Shown piece after piece: positions 58,959 through 64,000 of a stretch of 64,000 nucleotides of DNA; within the stretch, counting starts at the first letter, position 1, and the number at the start of each line of letters is the position of its first letter. The stretch is from the NCBI GenBank assembly GCA_018826075.1, contig JAHKAJ010000015.1:15091-79090 (forward strand). The letters run 5' to 3'. Under the pieces are notes generated by a model. It had not been told where the DNA came from. It saw only the letters and a program-made list of their open reading frames with translations, and did no database searches. The stretch is from Candidatus Omnitrophota bacterium. GTDB lineage: Bacteria > Omnitrophota > Gorgyraeia > Duberdicusellales > 4484-171. The position numbers and the translations under genes are program-made.

Positions 58959-59828
58959 TTACTGTTCCTCAGCCAGAATGCTTAATAAATACTCTCCGTA
59001 ATTAGTGTTTACCTGTTTGGCTAATTGTCTTAACTGCCCGGCATTGATATAACCCATCCGAAAAGCTACTTCCTCGATACAGCCGACTTTTAAACCCTGG
59101 CGGTCTTCAATGGTCTTTATAAACATTGAAGCGTCGATTAAGGAATCATAGGTTCCGGTATCCAGCCAGGCATAGCCGCGGTTGAGAAATTTAGTTTTCA
59201 GTTTGCCGCGTTTAAGATATTCATTATTGACATCAGTGATCTCAAGCTCCCCCCGGGCTGAAGGCTTAAGAGCTTTGGCAATCTCGATTACTTTATTATC
59301 ATAAAAGTACAAACCGGTCACTGCCCAGTTTGATTTAGGATTGGCGGGTTTTTCTTTAAGCGCTGTAATATTTTTATTCTTGTCGAATTCGATTACTCCG
59401 TACCTCTCGGGATCTTTTACGTAATAACCGAAGATTACTCCACCCTCCGGTTCTGAAGCCGCTTCAACTAAAAGATCGGAAAGATTATGGCCATACAAAA
59501 CATTATCTCCTAAAATCAAACAAACCCGGTCTTGGCCGATAAACTCCTCGGCCAGAATAAAGGCCTGGGCTATACCTTCAGGCTTACTTTGAGCCAGGTA
59601 AGAAAATTTTACCCCTAAAGAACTTCCGTCACCCAAAAGATATTGAAAACGTTCAAGATCCCGGGGGGCTGAAATTATCAGAATATCCCTGATCCCGGCC
59701 AGCATTAAGACTGATAAAGGGTAATAAATAAGCGGCTTATCATAAACCGGCAGTAATTGTTTGCAGACCCCTTTAGTGATCGGATAAAGCCTGGTAGCAG
59801 TACCTCCGGCTAGAATTATTCCTTTCAT
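58959..59828 (-). CDS. rfbA: Glucose-1-phosphate thymidylyltransferase
   Basis: [45 protein letters not shown]. Confidence 0.95.
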   Translation of the reverse strand: MKGIILAGGTATRLYPITKGVCKQLLPVYDKPLIYYPLSVLMLAGIRDILIISAPRDLERFQYLLGDGSSLGVKFSYLAQSKPEGIAQAFILAEEFIGQDRVCLILGDNVLYGHNLSDLLVEAASEPEGGVIFGYYVKDPERYGVIEFDKNKNITALKEKPANPKSNWAVTGLYFYDNKVIEIAKALKPSARGELEITDVNNEYLKRGKLKTKFLNRGYAWLDTGTYDSLIDASMFIKTIEDRQGLKVGCIEEVAFRMGYINAGQLRQLAKQVNTNYGEYLLSILAEEQ

Positions 59829-59830
59829 AA

Positions 59831-60208
59831 TCAAACCTCCGCCTTAATATCTTCAATCTCCTCTCCGTTAGCAATCAACTCCTGCTGTAACTTGCTCCAT
59901 TCGCTGCGCATCCGATTATATTCTTCCTCTTTTTTCTTTAAAAAGTGATAGGCAAGATGAATCTTCTGCTTTAAGCCGCTTTTAGTAAGAATATACCTTA
60001 CCTTACCCAACTTATCTTTGCCATGGGAGAAATTTCTGGCTTTGATCAGGTTTTTCTTGATTAGCGATTTTAGCAAGTAGTTAGTTTTACCCAAAGAGAT
60101 CTCAAGATGACTCGACACATCTCTCTGAGTTAAATCGTCTTGGCTGGATAAAAGACGCAGGATATTAAAAATATCCTCACCGAGAGTATATTTTTCTTCT
60201 TTCGCCAT
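59831..60208 (-). CDS. MarR-family EPS-associated transcriptional regulator
   Basis: [30 protein letters not shown]; first gene after the promoter. Confidence 0.85.
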   Translation of the reverse strand: MAKEEKYTLGEDIFNILRLLSSQDDLTQRDVSSHLEISLGKTNYLLKSLIKKNLIKARNFSHGKDKLGKVRYILTKSGLKQKIHLAYHFLKKKEEEYNRMRSEWSKLQQELIANGEEIEDIKAEV

Positions 60209-60220
60209 GAACTTATATAA

Positions 60221-60236
60221 CCCGTTAGCCCGTTAG
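60221..60236. repeat. 8-bp tandem direct repeat CCCGTTAG x2 in the leader of the regulator gene
   Basis: cccgttag-cccgttag read directly at 60221-60236. Confidence 0.6.
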
Positions 60237-60258
60237 GAAAATATGAAAACTTACCCCT

Positions 60259-60275
60259 TGTTCATTTATTGAACA
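60259..60275. promoter_or_regulatory. Inverted repeat TGTTCA-N5-TGAACA, putative operator for the MarR-type regulator
   Basis: Perfect 6-bp palindromic arms 1 nt downstream of the -10 box, covering the expected transcription start. Confidence 0.7.
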
Positions 60276-60276
60276 T

Positions 60277-60304
60277 ATTATAAAACCACACCGGGATATG
60301 TCAA
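60277..60304 (-). promoter_or_regulatory. Sigma70-type promoter TTGACA-N16-TATAAT
   Basis: Exact consensus -35 (60304-60299) and -10 (60282-60277) on the minus strand, in the largest intergenic gap of the window. Confidence 0.8.
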
Positions 60305-60351
60305 CCTTTTTATTGGTTTAGATTTAGGGGAAGAAATCAAAAGGTCAGGAT

Positions 60352-61146
60352 CTATAACTTGCTGCGGTTTAATATCTTAGAAAGAATATCTTTCCGGGGA
60401 GCCGCGCAGATAAAACCGGAGTTTTTTAAGCTTTTCTTGTTATAGCTTAGACCCAAGACCCTGGCTCCAGAGCTTTCAGCGATGGCCTGGCCGCTAGCAG
60501 TGTCCCACTCCATGGTCGGGCCTTGCCTTAGGTAAAGATCGGCTTTTGCCTCAGCCACCCGGCAGAACTTCAGGGAACTTCCGGCATAAATTATCCGGGG
60601 ATTCTTAAACCAAGAGACCACTGTTTCTTCCTCAAGGCTTTGGTGAGAACGGCTCCGTACTATTACCACTCGCTTACCAGAAAGTTTATTGGCCAAAATC
60701 GGCTTAAACTTATTGTTTTTATCGACCTTAAAAGCGCCTTTTTGTTTCTGGCCGAAATATAATTGCTGCCGGGCCGGAATACCGATTATTCCTAAAACCG
60801 GCTGAGAGTTATGGATTAAGGCGATATTGACCGTAAACTCTCCGTTTCGTTTAATAAACTCTTTGGTTCCGTCCAAAGGATCGATCAACCAAAAATATTT
60901 CCAGTTCTTTCTTTTGCTGAAACTTACCGGCCGGCTTTCTTCGGAAATAAGCGGTATCTTGGGAAATAATTTCTTTAGCTTTTTAACTATCAGCTCCTGA
61001 GAAAGCTGATCAGCCAAAGTTAAAGGGCTATTATCTTTTTTTATTGAGACTTCGGTTTGATGGGAATTATAAACTTCGATTATCTTTTGGCCGGCCAGAG
61101 AGGCTATCTTAAGCAGTTGTTTTATCTGAGAATCATTAAAAATCAT
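60352..61146 (-). CDS. cysQ: 3'(2'),5'-bisphosphate nucleotidase
   Basis: SPLTLAD, SEE, WLIDPLDGTKEF, EFTVNIAL, SRSH, GSSLKFC, EWDTA. Confidence 0.93.
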   Translation of the reverse strand: MIFNDSQIKQLLKIASLAGQKIIEVYNSHQTEVSIKKDNSPLTLADQLSQELIVKKLKKLFPKIPLISEESRPVSFSKRKNWKYFWLIDPLDGTKEFIKRNGEFTVNIALIHNSQPVLGIIGIPARQQLYFGQKQKGAFKVDKNNKFKPILANKLSGKRVVIVRSRSHQSLEEETVVSWFKNPRIIYAGSSLKFCRVAEAKADLYLRQGPTMEWDTASGQAIAESSGARVLGLSYNKKSLKNSGFICAAPRKDILSKILNRSKL

Positions 61147-61760
61147 TTTTGGATATAACCATTCTTGTCCAAATAATCTAAGATCGCTTTTGCGCTTTCC
61201 TGCTTATTAAATTTTTCTGTATCTACAACTAGCTCAGGGCTTTGCGGCTCTTCATATGGGGCGGAAATTCCGGTAAATTCTTTAATTACCCCCGAACGGG
61301 CTTTTTGATAAAAGCCTTTAGGGTCTCTTTGTTCACAAATCGAAAGCCCGGCTTTAATAAATACCTCGATAAAATCACTCTTGGATAAGATCTTTCTTAC
61401 CTGATCCCGGTCTTTTCGGTAAGGAGAGATGAAGGCAGTTATAACTAAAAATCCGGCATCGGAAAAAAGTTTTGCCACTTCTCCAATCCTGCGGATATTT
61501 TCCTCACGGTCCTGGGGTGAAAATCCCAGGTTGCTGTTCAAACCGTGCCTGATATTATCCCCGTCTAAGACGTAAACTTGACAATCTCTTTCAAATAGCA
61601 TTGCCTGCAGCTCGACAGCTATAGTTGACTTTCCCGAAGAAGGAAGCCCGGTAAACCAGATAACCGCTCCTTTGTTTTTGTTTCTTTGTTCGCGGTCGGA
61701 TTTTGAAACTCCGCTCTCATGCCAGGTTATATTTGTACTTTTAATTTTATCCTTATTCAT
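61143..61760 (-). CDS. cysC: Adenylyl-sulfate kinase
   Basis: WFTGLPSSGKST, LDGDNIR, ENIRRIGEV, RDPKG, FTGISAPYE. Confidence 0.95.
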   Translation of the reverse strand: MNKDKIKSTNITWHESGVSKSDREQRNKNKGAVIWFTGLPSSGKSTIAVELQAMLFERDCQVYVLDGDNIRHGLNSNLGFSPQDREENIRRIGEVAKLFSDAGFLVITAFISPYRKDRDQVRKILSKSDFIEVFIKAGLSICEQRDPKGFYQKARSGVIKEFTGISAPYEEPQSPELVVDTEKFNKQESAKAILDYLDKNGYIQK

Positions 61761-63024
61761 CTTTTCTCCTTCGGTAATAATCAGTTAAAATTTGCGAAAC
61801 CGGTTTGCGCATCACTCTTTGATCGACTTCTTCGCCATTCTGAAGTTTTTTTCTCAACTCCTTACCGGAAATCGATATCTGATGATAGCCTTTTTTACCA
61901 AACTCATCAACCAGGCCGACTCTTTCTATTTCCTCAAAATAAGCGGCAAAACCGACCTTGACCGGCTGGATAAGCAGTTCACCCTTAAGTTGACTGAATT
62001 TATCCTGGGCATCAAAGTCACGCCAGGCCGCAATTCCGTCATCAAAAGAAGCGTCGGCGTGTTTCCTGCCGATAATAATGTCACTAAATCCGTAATTCTG
62101 CCGATAGATAGCATGCATTATCGCCTCTTTGGGCCCGGCATAAAACATCTTCATATCCAGCCCGATCAGTAAAAATTCATCGCTTAGATCATAACCTTTA
62201 GTTTTCCATAGCTCTAAATCTTTATCACCAAAACCCAGCAGTTTATGTTCGATCAAGGCCTCATAAGTCTGCATCCGGACATCAGCCGGGACATCATCGG
62301 ATTTAGTTGCCCCGACTAAAGGGTTAAGCACTACTCCGGTAAAAAAACCCTGCCGGGTAAGCTCCTCCATGGCATAAACCAGGGCATATTCATGGGCCCG
62401 GTGTAAAGCATTTCTGGTCTGAAAAGCAATAATCCTTTCCCAGCCGCGCTTCTTGAATATTTCTCTAGTAGCTTGGGGAAAAAGCATGTATTTGCTGTAG
62501 GCCGAACGGGCAACTTGAGAGAAAGCCCGGATCTTTCCGCCTAAAAGGTACTCGCGCCGGTCATCGTTAACAATCCGGGGGCCGGGATGATCAATGCGTT
62601 CAGTACCGTAAACTGATCGGTTATAAGCTTTCTTATCAAAAAAATAAATATCGGAAATTTCCAGCAGGCCGACAGTCTCGCCGGATTCAGTTTTAACGGC
62701 CACGGTTTCGCCGATACTGAATTTGTCGGCTTCTTGCTTATAAACTGGAAAAGCGATCGGAATAGTCCAGGCATAAAGTTTGCCATTCCTTTCTATGCAT
62801 TCATCCTGCAAAACTTTATTAAACTCATTTTCATCCATCGGCCCTTCTAAAGGAGATAGGGCTCCGTCGGCAATCCGGTAAAATACCGAAAGATCTGAAT
62901 CGAAAATATTATAAACCTTGATTTGTGAAGTTTTGGCTAAAAAACCGGGTTTTTCGGATTCGCTGATAAAGCGGTTGATCAGGCCTATGCCGCCGTGAAC
63001 CGGATAACTACTCTGATTTTTCAT
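61753..63024 (-). CDS. sat: Sulfate adenylyltransferase (Sat type)
   Basis: PVHGG, LSPLEG, HPG, AFQTRNALHRAHE, YAGPKEAIMHA..RQNYG, GRKHA, ISGKELR. Confidence 0.9.
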   Translation of the reverse strand: MKNQSSYPVHGGIGLINRFISESEKPGFLAKTSQIKVYNIFDSDLSVFYRIADGALSPLEGPMDENEFNKVLQDECIERNGKLYAWTIPIAFPVYKQEADKFSIGETVAVKTESGETVGLLEISDIYFFDKKAYNRSVYGTERIDHPGPRIVNDDRREYLLGGKIRAFSQVARSAYSKYMLFPQATREIFKKRGWERIIAFQTRNALHRAHEYALVYAMEELTRQGFFTGVVLNPLVGATKSDDVPADVRMQTYEALIEHKLLGFGDKDLELWKTKGYDLSDEFLLIGLDMKMFYAGPKEAIMHAIYRQNYGFSDIIIGRKHADASFDDGIAAWRDFDAQDKFSQLKGELLIQPVKVGFAAYFEEIERVGLVDEFGKKGYHQISISGKELRKKLQNGEEVDQRVMRKPVSQILTDYYRRRKDE

Positions 63025-64000
63025 GAAATCTCTTGATTGTTGAGGTTACATACTCGACTTGCCGGTCGCTTAAAAAAGGGTGGATCGGAAGGCTTAAGAT
63101 TTTTTTGGCGGTATCTTCGCTGGCTTTCAAACTGCCGCCTGATTTAGCTGTCTTAAAAGCTTTCATCTTATGTAAAGGAACCGGATAGTAGACGCGTGAA
63201 CTTATCCCCTTGGAATTCAAATAGTTAAGAAGCTGATCTCTTTTTGATGAAACTTTTAAACTATAAAGATGATAAACGTGTTCACTAGCTTTAGGCACAA
63301 AAGGAGTTTTAATCCCTTTGATACCTTTTAGGCCTAAGTCATAGCTTCTGGCAAACTTTCTTCTTAAAGCATTCAATTTATCGATATATTTAAGTTTAGC
63401 TAAAAGTATTGCTGCCTGGATTGAATCCAAGCGAGAATTATATCCGATAAAAGAAGCGTCGTATTGGCTGGTCTGGCCGTGGTTACGCAAAGTTTTTAAA
63501 GACTCAAATAATTTATGGCTGTCAGTTACGATCAGGCCTGCGTCGCCAAAACCGCCTAAATTCTTGGAAGGAAAAAAACTAAAAGCTCCACAATCCCCGA
63601 AGCTGCCTAACTTTTTATTTTCCAAGCTGGCGCCGAAACTTTGTGCAACATCTTCCACCACAAACAAATCGTTCTCTCTGGCTATTTCAAGAATCGCCGA
63701 TAAATCAGCAGCTAAACCGTAAAGGTGCACCGGCATGATGCCTACGGTATTTTTAGTAATCGCTTTTTTGATCTTTAAAGGGTCGATATTAAAAGTCTCG
63801 GGGTCAATATCTACGAATACCGGGGTTGCCCCGCAACGGACAATACTTTCAGCGGTAGCGATAAAGGTAAAGGGGGTGGTGATGACCTCGTCTTTCTTAT
63901 CAAAATATTCCCGGCCTTTGATTTTAAGAGCCAGGGCGCTTAAAGATAAGATAAGGGCTTCGGTGCCGGATGAGACGCCGATCGAATATTTTGAACCTAG
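63008..64000 (-). CDS. DegT/DnrJ/EryC1/StrS aminotransferase (5' end beyond the window; frame continues upstream of 63736)
   Basis: Upstream in-frame TPFTFIATAE...FVDID...IMPVHLYG; EDVAQ, SFFPSKNLG, GYNSRLD. Confidence 0.9.
   Translation of the reverse strand, partial: LGSKYSIGVSSGTEALILSLSALALKIKGREYFDKKDEVITTPFTFIATAESIVRCGATPVFVDIDPETFNIDPLKIKKAITKNTVGIMPVHLYGLAADLSAILEIARENDLFVVEDVAQSFGASLENKKLGSFGDCGAFSFFPSKNLGGFGDAGLIVTDSHKLFESLKTLRNHGQTSQYDASFIGYNSRLDSIQAAILLAKLKYIDKLNALRRKFARSYDLGLKGIKGIKTPFVPKASEHVYHLYSLKVSSKRDQLLNYLNSKGISSRVYYPVPLHKMKAFKTAKSGGSLKASEDTAKKILSLPIHPFLSDRQVEYVTSTIKRFHEKSE

Noticed and set aside
60305-60351. Possible terminator after cysQ (CCTTTT...AAAAGG)
   Set aside because: Arms are short, AT-rich and far apart, with no GC stem followed by a U-tract
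58-62786. The many 60-126 aa ORFs on the + strand and in alternative minus frames (e.g. 58..291, 9242..9568, 26738..27085, 61792..62172)
   Set aside because: All overlap well-supported minus-strand genes, lack recognisable motifs, and read as antisense or frame shadows
63008-63736. 242-aa aminotransferase as an N-terminally truncated pseudogene
   Set aside because: The reading frame continues with conserved motifs to the window edge; the truncation is a window artefact
1-64000. CRISPR arrays, tRNA/rRNA, transposases, integrases, defence systems
   Set aside because: None recognised; coding density leaves only one gap above ~50 bp (60209-60351), which is explained by the promoter

Overview
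The whole 64-kb window is one minus-strand block of about 64 tightly packed, often overlapping genes forming a giant cell-surface glycan biosynthesis locus. Both edge genes are cut by the window. At the right end are a DegT aminotransferase and sat-cysC-cysQ (PAPS supply). A consensus sigma70 promoter (TTGACA-N16-TATAAT) with an adjacent TGTTCA-N5-TGAACA palindrome then precedes a MarR-type regulator and about 60 genes. These include rfbA-rfbC-rfbB; a GDP-heptose/branched-sugar block (fcl, split transketolase, HddA/HddC-like, His-type E1/ColD-like dehydratase, two B12 radical SAMs); an ABC flippase; a second NeuB module; a full legionaminic-acid pathway with amidino and possible epimerase genes; an AroB-like cyclase/CMP-synthetase/sulfotransferase block; a transaldolase-SIS-HpcH-KdsB block; an O-antigen-ligase-family protein; and a 2,3-dehydratase/3-ketoreductase pair of the type known from actinomycete antibiotic sugars. 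The clearest sequence-level surprise is a 336-aa LAGLIDADG-type intein inserted in the HLAAE/THVD motif of RfbB. No rRNA, tRNA, CRISPR or transposase was recognised by eye. All calls rest on motif recognition only; no database searches were run.
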